A stretch of DNA of 62,886 nucleotides, filler included, from Chiloscyllium plagiosum (Eukaryota): NCBI RefSeq assembly GCF_004010195.1. It is 3 parts of one record of this genome, joined end to end, with 100 filler letters (N's around TTAATTAATTAA, not from the genome) between each part and the next. Parts side by side here need not be neighbours in the genome. Positions count along the whole stretch, not along the records: positions 1 to 28,699 come from NC_057714.1; 2 more parts are not named here. The stretch is one strand, 5' to 3'. Both the position numbers and the translations under genes were made by a program. Positions 1-13,720 of this stretch are shown piece by piece. Each line of letters begins with the position of its first letter. Position 1 is the stretch's first letter. The notes beneath the pieces were generated by a model, which made no database searches, had not been told where the DNA came from, and saw only the letters and a program-made list of their open reading frames with translations.

Positions 1-912
1 AAGTTAGGTGGACAGGCAGGTAGTACTGAGGAAGTGGGGAGGCTGCAGAAGGATCTAGACAGTTTGGGACAGTGGTCCAGGAAATGGCTGATGAAATTCA
101 ATGTGAGAAAATGCGAGGTTTTGCACTTTGAAAAAAAGAATACAAGCATGGACTACTTTCTAAACGGTGAGAAAATTCATAAAGCCAAAGTACAAAGGGA
201 TCTGGGAGTATTAGTCGAGGATTCTCTAAAGGTAAACATGCAGGTTGAATCTGTGATTAAGAAAGCGAATTCAATGTTGTCATTTATCTGAAGAGGGTTG
301 GAATATAAAAGCAGCGATATGCTACTGACCCTTTATAAAGCTCTGGTTAGTCCCCATTTGGAGTACTGTGTTCAGTTTTGGTCCCCACACCTCAGGAAGG
401 ACATACTGGCACTGGAGCTTGTCCAGCGGAGATTCACATGGATGATCCCTGGAATGGCAGGTCTAACATACGAGGAACGGCTGAGGATCCTGGGATTGTA
501 TTCATTGGAGTTTAGAAGGTTAAGGGGAGATCTAATAGAAACTTACAAGATAATACATGGCTTGGAAAGGGTGGACGCTAAGAAATCGTTTCCGTTAGAC
601 GAGGAGACTAGGACCCTTGGGCACAGCCTTAGAATTAGAGGGGGTAAATTCAGAACAGAAATGTGGAGACATTTCTTTAGCCAGAGAGTGGTGGGCCTGT
701 GGAATTCATTGCCTTGGAGTGCAGTGGAGACCAGGACGCTAAATGGCTTCAAGGCAGAGATTGATAAATTCTTGATGTCACAAGGAATTAAGGGCTACGG
801 GGAGAATGCTGGTAAGTGGAGTTGAAATGCCCATCAGCCATGATTAAATGGCGGAGTGGACTTGATGGGCCGAATGGCCTTACTTCCATTCCTATGTCTT
901 ATGATCTTATAT
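1..912 (+). mobile_element. CR1-clade LINE, ORF2 3' part and 3' tail (fairly young, one internal stop)
   Basis: ORFs 34-291 and 298-825 give CR1 C-terminal motifs (KFNVRKCEVLHF, LYKALVSPHLEYCVQFWSP, RRLRGDLIETYKI, FFSQRVVGLWNSLP). Ends in a TCTTATG-type repeated tail. Confidence 0.93.
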
Positions 913-914
913 GA

Positions 915-1368
915 CAGAACCCTTAGAAGCATTAACATGCAGCAGGATCCAGGCATACAGTACACTGTCTCCTGAAAGTGGCAATACAGTGGATAAGGTG
1001 GTCAAGGCAGCATAAGGCACGCTTGCCTTCATTGGTTTCAGGCATGGAGCATGAAAATTATCAAGTCATGTTGCAGAACTTTGGTTAGGTCGTATTTGGA
1101 ATATTGTGTCTAGTTCTAGTCAAGACACTATCATAAGGATGGAGAGGCTTTGGAGTGGGTACAGAAAATGTTTACCAGGACACTGCCTAATTTGGAGAAT
1201 ATTAATTATGAGGAGAGATCGGACAAATGTGAACAAAGGATGAAGGACCAGATAGAAGTTTGCAAAATTATAGAGGCATGGATAGAATGGATAGAGCCTT
1301 TTTCCCAGGGTAGAAATGTCAATTACTAAGTAACATAGGTATAAAGTAAAAGGGGTCAAGTTTAAAGA
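915..1368 (+). mobile_element. Decayed CR1 ORF2 fragment
   Basis: Degenerate LVR-HLEYCV-F and ALE-VQKMFTR motifs visible in the DNA. Confidence 0.7.
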
Positions 1369-1575
1369 TGTGGCACAGTGGCTAACACTACTGCCTCACC
1401 GTGCCAAGGATCCAGGTTTGATTCCAGCCTTGGATGACCATTTATTGTACATTCGCCCGCATCTGCATGGGTTTCCGCCGAATGCTCTGGTTTACTCCCA
1501 CACTTCAATATGTACAGACTAGCCATGCTAAATTGTCCATGACTAGGGATGTGCAGACGAGGTGGATTAACTTTA
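1369..1575 (+). mobile_element. HE1/V-SINE, decayed
   Basis: tRNA-like head GGCACAGTGGCTAACACTACTGCCTCAC and V-domain-like TCTGCATGGGTTTCCGCCGAATGCTCTGGTTT. Confidence 0.7.
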
Positions 1576-1589
1576 AAAATGCTTGTTAT

Positions 1590-2165
1590 AGGTTTCTTCA
1601 ATTCTGGACAGAATGGTGCAAATTGGGTGACTACATGGTGGAACACATCCATTCCCTGAGCCTGAGCTTCCATTCAAGCTGTCACTTTAGATCACAGAGT
1701 CCCACTCTGACAGCTGTCTTTGGCTTCCCTACAGTGTTCTAATGAAGCTGAATGAGGAACACCACCTCATCTTTCAATTAGATGCTTTACAGCATTTTCC
1801 AGACTGAACATTTTCAAATGGCCACTACCATATTTCAGACAGCAATCATGATTTCAATACAACCACTTCGATCTTCTGGAAAAAAAAAATTTAAAAGTGT
1901 TCCAATATCACTCAGTTTTCTTGCACAAGTATCCCTTTTGTCATTTAATGTCTCCTCTTTTTCATCTTGTGACATACCTTTCCTTTGTTCTTTATGTTTC
2001 TCTACTTCCATGTCATTGTACTTCCTTTAAGCCTATCACATTGCAAACTTGCTCTCATTCTGCTGAGAGATCAATCTGAAATGCTAACTTTCTCTCCAAA
2101 CAGATGCTGCCTGGCCTGAGAATGTCAACATCATGTTTTTTATTTCAGCAGTTTTATTTCAGCAA
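1590..2165 (+). mobile_element. Decayed Penelope-like (Neptune-type) element, GIY-YIG C-terminus and 3' tail
   Basis: KLGDYMVEHIHS and EEHHLIFQL remnants, then a pyrimidine-rich UTR and the CAGATGCTGCCTG tail shared with other PLE copies in the window. Confidence 0.55.
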
Positions 2166-4111
2166 TAACGAGATGATAGAATCACCAATTGCTAACATAA
2201 GTCTTGTGAATTCTTGCATTGATGGGTTGAATCAATCAACAACTTATATTTGTGTCATGACATCAATGTTTATAAAATGTCCCCGCAATTTATAGAAGTA
2301 AAATCAACAAAATTTTCCTCTGTACCACATGATGATTGACTAAGGTAGATTTTTGAGGAAAGGGGGGTTTAGGGAATGACCACCGATGGTGGAGAAACGA
2401 AGATATCATGTGGATACAAAGAGAATGGAGGAATACAGAAAACTTAAAACATTGTAAGGATTAGAGGATATGAAAGAGAGAAAGAGACAAAGTCCTGGCA
2501 GGATTTGAAAAGAAAGATCAGAATGTTAAAGTCAAAACAATGTTATTTGTAAAAGAAAGAGGGAATGCTGATTATCTACTACTTTTATTTGCATTCTGCA
2601 GTAATTACATTTGGCAAGCAACCAAAATTTATGCATTAAAAGTATTGGAGACCATTGTTTTCTCAATGGCAATATTTTAGCCTATCAGAGTCAATTCATT
2701 AACCACTCAAGACCTTCTTCTTCTGCAGTATAAATTGTTGAAACTATTTGCTATTTTTGCATTTGTCCAGATGAGAGCAAGCTGAGAAGCTTCAGAAACA
2801 CATCTCTCTTTTCAGCAATATTCACTATAAATTAAAGAATTTAGGAGTGACTTCTTTACACACAGAATGATGGGAACATGGAACTTGCTGCCAACGTGAA
2901 TTAGCTAAAACACATAACAATGATATACGGTACTCAAAGGAGGAATGATGCATAAATAAGTAATAAGGGACAAGCAAGACTCAAGGACAAAGTGTGAAAA
3001 AGGTAAGTAAAGTGAAAACAGGCTTAGGTGGACCATAAACATAGACCACGTAAGCTGGACTGAATGACCTGTTTCCATCCTGTAATTTGTTAAAATGTAA
3101 ATCTGCATCAAATTCAATATTTGCAATAGCTTTAAACTCATAGTGAAAAATAAGTTATAATTTTAAGGTGGAACTTTATTGTTGAAAAATAAATGAAACC
3201 AGATGTGTAACCTTCTTCACCTGTTATTGCTTTAGGTCTGGTTGGTTACAGAACATAGAATGTTGGTCCCAGTCAGTTATTGTCTTATTTGGAAATGTTG
3301 TTCAACAAAGCCATAATGTTTTAAAACACAATGACGAAGTGGATATAACTTTTTATATGCAATAAACTTCCACTTCATTCACTATTACATTTTAGGTACC
3401 AAATTATATAAATTTAACCTCCCCTCTTTCTGTCTCCTTATACCATTCCTTTTATTTAATTATTTGTCATACTTACTTTCTAAGAAACAAATCAAGATTT
3501 AAAATTATCATGTACCTATTAGGATTGGGTTCAATCAGTCACACTAAATCTGAAGGGCAATTTTTCCTTTTAGAATTCATAGCTTATTTAACCCTGGCTA
3601 TATTTTCATCTACGTCAATGCTGTTTTTTTTTGAGGAAAATAAAATATTTACAAGATATATTCAAACATCAATATCCTTGCAATCCATGGTCAAATTCAG
3701 CGCTTTGTCATTTGTTGATTAACCCAATAGTTTTCAAAGACTCATTTATATCATTTTTGTCAATTGCTGGATTTTCTCTGAAATTAATATTAGTTTGTGT
3801 GGTGGGAAAAATATCTTTGCATTTTGTAGTAATTTGAGGCAGAAAGCAAAATCACAAGAAGTGAAAATACTTGTACATTCATAATGTAGCTGTTACAATT
3901 GCAAGCTTTGATGACAATGAAAGAAAAGCCAAAGTAAAAGCAACACAAGACACAATGATCACAAAATTTAAAGCGGTGGTTTACAACTCTCAGACAGCAA
4001 GATATGAGATAGCCATATTTACATATTCAACAAAATTAGGCTGCAGTACCTTTGTCAAATCTTAACCAAACAATTTTTTTTGCCATTCTCAGATGTCAAA
4101 AATGAAGTCAA

Positions 4112-5600
4112 GGGCTGAATTTTAACAGACATTGGCTGAGTGACATTTTTGGAGACTTTCATGAAGCATTGCTCACTGCTGATAGTGCACAAAAACCTAT
4201 CTTCCCAAACTCACCTCATTACAAATGCACCCTGCCTATATGGTACCCAGTTTGTCATAATCTCTCACTCAATATGCATGGAAATTCTCACCACACCTGG
4301 TAAATCCCAGGAGCAAGTACCTTCTTTGGAACTCAGCCATGCACCTGGTAAAGCACTGGCAGTCTGAAGTTGTCCTTTACTGTGTATGTAGTGAGAAAGT
4401 TACCACAAAACAACTCTTCTCTGGACACATAGGTCACTGATATTGCATTGCACATACAAGTGCACATTTATATATCCATCCCTGCTTAAGATCCAAGCCA
4501 CACAGCTATCTGTCCTAAGCCACATCTCACCTTACAATCCAAACTAAATCTGCACTGCTATTTGCCCAATACCCAGTGTAACCCAGCATCTCATCATTGC
4601 TCAATGTGGAACCATTACGTACAAGACACCCTTCAAACACTTCAAGGCATCTTCTTTTATTTAGCAACAGTAAAAGTGAATGAAAAACAAACAGAAGGTG
4701 TACATGCCTCTCGGAACAGAAACTGACCGTTTGTCTTTTGAGCACTCTCAAATTTACAGTCAACGAATGATCATCTCATTCCAATCTCAGCTATCAGAAC
4801 TGGGTGCCTATTAAATTCTGTCTAGCTTGTTAAACTTGACATTGCTGCACTCACATCATACAGAAAGCAATGTTCCACCTGCTAAATGCCTTCAGCTTCT
4901 TCCTTGAAGAGTTCTTCTCGGCTCTCAGCTCTTCAATCTCCACCAAATCCCTTCTTTGCCTGTTCCAGTTGAATAGAGCATAGCATGCAAGGTTTATGTG
5001 TCACATTCTGTCCCATAAGCCCCTTTCCAGAGTTGGAGTTCAAGAGTGTGCACATAAGGACTGAACTATAAATTTGAATATTGTTAAGCCATTCTTGAGT
5101 GCTCAGCAACAAAGGACAGCTGTAGTCACGGGATAGTGGAACTCGAAAAAAGAAAGTAAGCATTCTATGAAACAAAAGAAAGCAAAAGTCCTGTGGCAGT
5201 AGTGAGCATGGATCTACACAGTGAGACTAAGTTGCTCACAGCAGCAGATTAAGATCGGTGGTGCAGTGTCACTATCATTGATTAGGACAAAGGAAAATGA
5301 GTTCTGGAAACAGTATTTAAACCCTGGTGGCCAGTACACGACCAACACTCATGAGAAAGACTACCCTGCCTCGGGTCTCAGAGAAGACAGCAATTCCTCC
5401 ACAGCTGAGAATGATTGCTTCAGGTCTTGACAGGTAGTATACTGTATAAGCTTAAGAGCACTTGTATTTTGACCTTTTAACATGTTAAATAAACCATTTG
5501 TAACGGTTCAACAGTTTCAATTTGTAGATCAACAGAAGGTGCACAGTAGATGGAGTAAGGGGCAAGCTGGAGTCACCATGTTACCACTCTGAATTTCCTG
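4112..5600 (-). mobile_element. Decayed PIF/Harbinger DNA transposon remnant
   Basis: Begins with GGGCTGAATTTT, a Harbinger-like terminus. Minus strand near 4900-4990 reads ACYALFNWNRQRRD, resembling the Harbinger transposase C-terminal CCxLHNxA motif. Right boundary uncertain. Confidence 0.4.
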
Positions 5601-7419
5601 TTGGGAATTGATGCTGTCTAGCTTTAAGTAATAATGCGAGATGCTAGCACATGTAAATAGGCTTTCATCACTCACAGGGAGAATCTTCTCTTGCCTTTTA
5701 ACACTTGGTTGGAATATTAGCCTTATTTGATCCTGATGTTGACAAGCTCCTTGTTGGACATCTTGTGCAATTAAAATAACATTGAACTGCTACAATAAGA
5801 GTGATTAGTCTCTGGTTACAGCCACTTGGTTTTAAAGGTGTAATGAGGGTTGTCAGCATTTCAAGATAAAGGTGGCCAATCTCTGGCAGTTATTGACAGG
5901 CAAATGGTAAGGACACTTTTTTGAAAAATTAATATACTCTAAACTGTACTCTTCAAGGTATATTTAATTACAAGTAGTTAAACACAAGGATTTCAAAATA
6001 AATTTGGAACTCAATGGATTGTGTTGATGATGAACATAATCATTACTTCTCTGCAGACAGTTGATTGAGCTGACGTATGTTTTTCTATAGGACTCTTCGG
6101 TTAAATAGAGAATTGTCTGCAAAGAGGTGTCAATTAAGTTCTTTAGAGGTGCTGTTAAGCCTGCAAATGCAGAATTAGTGAACAAATCTGAATGTTGTAA
6201 CTGTAGACTTACTGATAAGTAATGGGACATTGGATCAATTTGGTACAAGGTACTGAGGGACTGAGTTCTCACGATTAAGCATAGCTTTTGGCAAGAACTA
6301 TATTCCTTGTGTGTGGATGGATTGCTGGTCACAAAAAAAACTTTTTTAATGACTATTCATACTGATTAGACAGTAATGAACATAAATGTTAAAAGCACCT
6401 AAGAACAATAAGATTACCAGAAATTTGTAGTAAAAATGATAAACTTCTCACAGGATCCCACAAATCTTGTTCACCAGTATTTCATTTGTACACTTGGATT
6501 ATTACTCAACATTTTTGGTAAATCTTGCTTGGTTACCTCTTGAAATACTGCTGGAGAACATAATGATACTTAATTCCCATGTCTAAATATAGATTTTTTT
6601 AAAGAATTCCACACTTTAACAAGATCTTCTATCAGTAACTAATCTTACGGAAAGAGCAATGTTGACAATTTATGTGAATTCTAACATTAAAAATTCTCTA
6701 AGGGTCTGTTTCCCCTGGGGCATTATGCTTGATAGTTTATAATTCAAGATATCGTAATACATAATACTGTAAATTAATCATTTTATTTTAAAGCTAGTAT
6801 TTCATCCCTCCTTCACTGCTCCACCTTGTCAAAATAGACCAAGGGAAGATTGATTACCATGTAATTTGGTTAACATCACTGCGTAAATGATATATATGCC
6901 AGACTTATTTAAAACAAACGTCACTTGCAGGAATAGTGCAATGTCCAATCACACTCAATTCTTAAAATCTACTGACTGTTAACATAGTTAGATATCTACT
7001 GTGCATAATAGCATCTATAAAGGGGTTTTTGATAAAAATAGAAAACTGCATGTGCTGGTCGTGTCACAATATATTTCTTTTAAGGCAAATGATGGGAAAC
7101 CTCAGCTTTCAGTTGCTGTCTGAAAGAAAACAAGTTTAAAGATTCTGTATTGTCTTTATCATGATATTTTATGCTTGCACCCCATACCCAGGATTCATTT
7201 AATCGTACAAATTTCTGGATCAGCTCACCTATTTGACCTGTCTGGGTAGCAGGTCTCATGTAAATTAGTGCACCTATTTGCAGATTGCTCACTTAATTCA
7301 AAAGTGACTCAACATTTCTCAACACCATGGGAATAATTCTAACATTTCTTTTCATAAACTACAAGAACTGGTTTTCCATGATGACAAGTTATACATTTCT
7401 GAAATTAAATAAACATAAA

Positions 7420-9270
7420 TATGTAAGAAATAAAAGATGCAGGCTATTCAGCTCCTCAAGCTTGCCTGCCATTCAGTAACATCACGGTTAATGTGTCCAG
7501 GTCTCTTTCATGCCAACTCATCATATCCCTCAACTACACAATTTTTTTTAAATTCAAACATCTTTCTACTTCCTCTTTAACCACTTACAGCGATCTAGCC
7601 TCCACAACACTGTGGGCTAGAGAATTCAAGAAATTCGTACTCTCTGGGAGAAGGAAATTGTTTGCATCTAGTTTTAAATGAGCATCCCCTTAATCTGCAA
7701 TTATGTCCCCTGGTTTGAAATTCCCCAAATTGGTGGGAAGATCTTCAAGGGCACTTGGAGTTTTGCATGTTTCAATAAGATCACCCCTCATTCTTCTAAA
7801 GTCTAATTAATAAAGGCATAATACATTTACTTGTTCTTTGTAGTCAACCCCTTCATCCTTGGAAATAGCACTAGTGAATCTCTTTAGATATTCTTTCATA
7901 AATAGATAAATCAAAACTGTACTGTGGTACTTCAGGTACAGCCTCACCAACACCCTGTACAGTTGTAACAAAGCTTCGCTATCTTTAAATGTAAAACCTC
8001 TAGCAATAAAGGCCCAAATTCCATTTGACTTCTTCATTTGCTGCATCTGCATGCTAACCTTTTGTGTTTCATGCACAAGAACATCCAGATTTCTCTGTGC
8101 TGCACTTTCCTCCAACTTAAATAAGGATCTCTTCTGATTCTTCCAACCAAATACATTCCTACATTAAACTCTATCACACCATCCCCTCCCACCTAGTTTT
8201 GTATTATCAGCAACTCAAATACATTACAATCTGCCCTCTCCTCCAAGTCATGAGACCTTAGACTGATCTTTGTGGATCCTCCACTAATTATGTCTTCCCA
8301 ACTGAAAAATCTCTACTGTGTCTTCTGTCTGTTAACCAATCTTCAATCCATGTTAAATACGTTATGCCCAATACTGAATTTTGTGATCTAGTATGTGGCA
8401 CTTTATTGAATGCCTTCTGGAAATTCAAATATGTTACATCATCTATCAACTCTCCTTGTTATACACTCGAGAAACTCGTGAAAATCTGTCAAATATGATT
8501 TTCTTTTCACAAAATCACGTTGACTCTGTTTGATTGTGTTAAGCTTTTCAAAATTCCCTTTATTTCTTGCTTAATAATGGACTCCAGCATTTTAGCAATG
8601 ACAGATGTTAGGTTGACTGCCCATAGTTTCCTACTTTTGCCTCTCTCCCTTCTTCAACAGGACATCACACAAGCAGTTTTCCAATCTGCTGGAACCCTCC
8701 TGGAATCCAGCAAATTCTGAATATTCTGACCAATGCCTCCACGATCATTGCAGCTACCTCCTTTAAAACTTGTGGATGCATGCCATCAGGTCATGGTGAC
8801 TTGCCTGCCTTCAGTCCTATTAGTTTGTCAAATATTTCATACAGACTTGTACAAGATCGATCTTCCTGCTCGCACCTTGTTGGTGCAAAATATTGGTTTA
8901 AATTATTACATTTCCCTGTTCTTCATTTTTAATTCCCAGTTGCATCCTCCGAGAGCCCGACATTTACATTAGTTAATCTCTCTTTTTGAATATCCCTAAA
9001 TGCTCTCACTACTTGTTGTTTCTTTGTCAATTTACTTTCATAATTCATTTTCTTCTGCTTTATTAGCTTTTGAATCATCCACTGATAGCTCATAATGAAT
9101 TCCCAAACTTCTGACCGACCATTCATTTTTGCTGCAGTGTATGCCTTAGGTTTTGATTTGCTACTCTCCTTGATTGCCTTTGTTAACCCTAAGTGTTTCA
9201 TCCTTCTCAGTAAGTCCTTAATTCTGAGGTATTATGAACTATTTGCTTAAATATCTGCCACGCATCATTC
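7420..9270 (-). mobile_element. Decayed CR1 ORF2
   Basis: Minus ORFs contain QRNLDVLVHETQKVSMQ and LLQLYRVLVRLYLKY. A CR1 3' tail lies at about 7420-7500. Confidence 0.8.
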
Positions 9271-9279
9271 ACTTGCTTT

Positions 9280-9590
9280 CACAGAGTATTTAATCCCAAC
9301 AAGTCCACACCGACCCTCTGAAGAGTAACCCACCCAGACCCATTTCCCTACCTTACTACTCTACATTTAATTGCTCTACATTTTATCCTACACATCCCGG
9401 TACACTGTGGTCAAATTAGCATGGCCAATTCACCTAATCTGCACATCTTTAGATTGTGGGAGAAAACCGAAGCACCCAGAGGAGACCCATGTAGACATGG
9501 GGAGAATGTGCAAACTCCACACACAGACAGTTGCCTGAGGCTGGAGTCGAACCCGGGTCCCTGGCGCTGTGAGACAGCAGTGCTAACCAG
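9280..9590 (-). mobile_element. HE1/V-SINE
   Basis: Reverse complement reads GGTTAGCACTGCTGTCTCACAGCGCCAGGGACCCGGGTTCGACTCC (tRNA A/B boxes), then TGTGGAGTTTGCACATTCTCCCC. Confidence 0.88.
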
Positions 9591-10379
9591 CCTATTTTCC
9601 CAGCTTGATTCATATTATGATCTACTGCACCAAAACATTACTCACCACCTATCTCTCCACCCTAATTTCACGATATCAATTTGCATACGACTCAGATAGT
9701 AATCTGGAGATTACCATCTATTTTTGTCTCCCACTGCTACTGCCCTTCTCAAGCTTTTCTCTTTATGAAGTTTTTGTCCCCACTCCTGCTTGTGTTCTTT
9801 CAGATGTACAACGTGCTCCTCTCTCTAGCTCTTTTAGGTGTGGGCAACTGTCTCTAGGTCCTCCTCTCATCCACTTCTAAATAACACCAAAATTAATATA
9901 TTTTTATCAATATATTTTTATTAACAACATGACATTACAAATAAAGTGAATTTCTTGAGTGCGTCCAGGATAGCTTTCTACAACAACACGTAAATAACTT
10001 GATCCAACATAGGATGGACCATATTTGATCTAATGATGAGTTATGGGCCAAATTTAGTTCAATGCTGATGCCTCACTCTAACAATTTTCCAAATAACCCA
10101 AAAAAATGTGAAACAGTGACTAAAATTCTATTTGACTGAAGTGTTAACACTTTCCACAGATGCTGGGAGACAATGCCAAGTGTGTCCAGCAAATCATGTT
10201 TTCACTTCAGATTTCCAAATCTGCAGTATTTTACTTTTATTAAAATGCAGAGAGAGAGAGAGTTTGGACAAAGCAAACTGTGCAAATCTGTCAATGGGTA
10301 AAATGACACAAAATCAGGAGAAAGTATTCAAAGAAAGGTGACACAAAAAAGTGAGGGAAATTAAGGTAAACATATATTT

Positions 10380-10850
10380 TAAAAAATTCGTTCAGCCTCA
10401 AATGGCATACTGTGTCCAGTGCAGGGGCCACAGTTTTAGAAAGACGTGAAGACATTCGAGTGAGTGCAGAGTTCATGAGAACAGTCTCATGGACAGACAT
10501 GTTAGTTACATGATGACAGAAGTTGAGACTGTTTTCCTTAGAGAAGAGAATGTTCAGAGGTGGCAAGATAGAGATACTCAAAATCATGAGGGGTGGGACA
10601 GAGTACATAGGAGGGAGTTGTTCTCATTGATGGATTCATCAAGAACAAGGTGGCAAAGATTGAAGGCAAATGGGACCAAAAGCAATTATATGAGGAAAAC
10701 TTTTCACACAGCAAGTAGATTAGATTAGATTCCCTACAGTGTGGATGTTTAGGATTAAGAACACACTGCTTGAGGGTGTGAAGGAGACAGGTTCAATTGA
10801 GAATTATCATCAGAAAAGGAAGTAAGTGGGAGAAGGCACGAGGAAATTTA
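10380..10850 (+). mobile_element. Decayed CR1 3' fragment
   Basis: Remnants of VQPQMAYCVQ and ELFSLMDSSRTR. Confidence 0.6.
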
Positions 10851-10859
10851 TTGCTGAGG

Positions 10860-11005
10860 AGTAATGGGCAAAATGTTCATGCTTTGAAGCTGTTGAACTC
10901 AATGTTGAACCCTGAAGCTGCACAGTGCCTAAATGGAAAATGAAGCAATGTTCCTCCACTTTGCACTGAGCTTCACTGAAGCACTATTGCAGGCCTAGGA
11001 TGGAA
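10860..11005 (-). mobile_element. Penelope-like GIY-YIG C-terminal fragment
   Basis: Minus strand encodes SEAQCKVEEHCFIFHLGTVQLQG, homologous to 1700-1810 and 37090-37200. Confidence 0.55.
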
Positions 11006-11227
11006 ATTTTGGCGCATTCACCAATATCCATTACTAACCCATCAACCCCCACAGTTATCTTGACTACATTTCCTCACACTCTACTTCCTGCAAGGACTCC
11101 ATGCCCTTCTGCATATGTTCTAGCACATGTTTGTAAAAAGGAGATCATGCCAAATAACGCTGATGGTGAGATTTGCAAGAAATTCCATGATAGTAGACAG
11201 TGCAGAATCTATACAAGTTCTTTATAT

Positions 11228-12582
11228 AATGTTCTGTACAGCCGCAACATGATCTCGCAACTCCTGTACTCAATACTCTGACCAATAAAGAAAAGCATAC
11301 CAAATGCCTGCTTCACTATCCTATCTACCTGCGATTCCACTTTCATGGAGCTATGAACCTGCACTCCAAGGTCTCTTTGTTCAGCAACATTCCCTTGGAC
11401 CTTACCATTAAGTGTATAAGTCCTGCTAAGATTTGCTTTCATAAAGTGCAGCACCTCGCATTTATCTGAATTAAACTCCTTCTGCCACATCTCAGCCCAT
11501 TGGCCCATCTAGTCAAGATCCTGTTGTGATCTGAGGTAACCTTCTTTGCTGTCCTCTACCCCTCCAATTTTGGTGTCATCTGCAAACTTACTAACTTTAC
11601 CTCTTATGGTCACATCCAAATCATTTATATAAATGACGAAAAGTAGTGGACCCAGCACCGATCCTTGTGGCACTCCAATGGTCACAGGCCTCCAAGTCTG
11701 AAAAACAACCCTCCTCCTCCATCCTCTGTCTTCTACCTTTGAGCCAGTTCTGTATCCAAATGGCTAGCTCTCCCTATATTCCATGAGATCTAATCTTGCT
11801 AATCAGTCTCCCACGGGGAATCTTGTCGAATGCCTTATTTAAGTTCATATAGATCACATCTACCACTCTGCCCTCATCAATCTTCTTTGTTACTTCTTCA
11901 AAAAACTCAATCAAGTTTGTGAGACATGATTTCCCACGCACAAAGCCATGATGACTATCCCTAATCAGTCCTTGCTTTTCCAAATACATGTACATCATGT
12001 CACTCAGGGTTTCCTCCACCAACTTGCTCACTGCTTGTCAGGCTCACTGATCTATAGTTCCCTGGCTTGTCCTTACCACCTTTCTCTTTCCTATTGGAAA
12101 GATGTTGTGAAACTTGAAAGGGTTCAGAAAAGATTTACAAGGATGTTGCCAAGGTTGGAGGATTTGAGCGATAGGGAGATGCTGAACAGACGGGGACTGT
12201 TTTCCCTGGAGCGTCAGAGGCTGAGGGGTGACCTCATAGAGGCGTACAAAATTGTAAGGGGCATGGATAGGATAAATAGACAAAGTCTTTTCCCTGGGGT
12301 GTGGGTAGTCCAGAACTAGCGAGCATAGGTTTAGGGTGAGAGGGGAAAGATATAAAAGAGACCTAAGGGGCAACATTTCACGCAGAGGGTGGTACGTGTA
12401 TGGAATGAGCTGCCAAAGGAGGTGGTGAAGGCCAGAACAATTGCAACATTTAAAAGATATTTGGATGGGTATATGGGCTGGGTGCTGGCAGGTGGGACTA
12501 GATTGAGTTGGGAAATCTGGCTGGCATGGATGTGTTGGACCGAAGGGCCTATTTCCATGCGGTACATCTCTATGACTCTATA
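11228..12582. mobile_element. CR1 LINE with 5' inversion (11228-12085 minus, 12086-12582 plus with tail)
   Basis: Minus part carries RT motifs (HHGFVRGKSCLTNLIEFFEEVT) and ends at MLRLYRT. Plus part starts at SYWKDVVKLERVQ and ends in a CTCTATGACTCTAT tail. Confidence 0.88.
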
Positions 12583-12759
12583 TATGGACATCCAGAAGAC
12601 ACTTGATAAAGTCCTTCCTAACAGGGGACAGAGAAAAGCATAAACTCTGAAGAAATTTGAGTGTAAAAGAGTTAAAATGTCATTAGCAAATGCTGGAAAT
12701 AATATGGACTTCTCCATTATGAGAGTCGTCACAAATGATGCTGACCAATACATAATCAT

Positions 12760-13720
12760 TGGGGCACATCCCCACACCTGGACTTATGATGGAGCGAAGG
12801 TCACTGACAAAGCAACTGTAGATCATTGGGCCTAAAGCAGTACCCTGAGGAACACCTGAAGAGCTATCCTGGAGTTGAGATGATTGATTTCAAACAACTA
12901 CAACCATCTTTCTATTTGCCAGGTATGACTTCCACCAATGGAGAGTTCGCCCCCAATATTCTTTGATGCCACACTTGTTCAAATGCAGTCTTGATTTCAA
13001 GAGCTGTCACTCTCATCTCACCTCTGGAGTTCAGCTCTTTTGTTGCTTGGTTGAACCAAGGCTGTAATGAGGTTAGGAGCTGAATGGCCCTGTCAGAACA
13101 GAAACTGTATGTCATTGAGGAGGTTATTGCTGAGCAGATGCTGCTAAATAGCACTGTTGATGACACATCCCATCACGTTACTAATGTCCGAGAGTAGACT
13201 GATGGGATGGTAATTGGCTGGGTTGACTTTGTCCCGCTTTTTGTGTACAGGACATACGTGGGCAATTTTCCACATTGTCAGGTAAATGCCAGAGTTGTAA
13301 ATATACAGGAAGAGCTTGGTTAGGGGAGCTGCAAATTCTGGAGCACAAATCTATTGCTGAGATATTGAGAGGCCCCACTGCCTTTGCACTTTCTAGTGCC
13401 TCCAATCATTTCTTGATATCACATGGAGAGAAGTGAATTAGCTGAAGACTGGGATCTGAGATTGCTATCAATGCTTCAGTCTTATCTTTTGCATTAATGT
13501 GCTGGGCTCTTCCATCATTGCAGTCAGGGATATTTATGGAACCTCTTCCTCCAGCGATTTGTTTAATATTCATTCATTCATGACTGGATGTGGCAGGTCT
13601 ACAATGCTTAGATCTGATGTGTTGGTTGTTGGATTGCTGAGCTTTGTCTATCATTTGCTGCTTACACTGTTTGGCATGCAAGTAATCCTATTTGATAACT
13701 TCACTCGATTGACAGGCTTG
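12760..13720 (-). mobile_element. Decayed CR1/L2-superfamily LINE RT fragment
   Basis: Minus ORF contains ELNSRGEMRVTALEIKTAFEQVWHQ, and a GVPQG-LGP motif at about 12830-12860. Confidence 0.7.

Noticed and set aside
9540..9590. tRNA gene
   Set aside because: The A/B boxes belong to the tRNA-derived head of an HE1 SINE; the same applies at 1369 and 39237.
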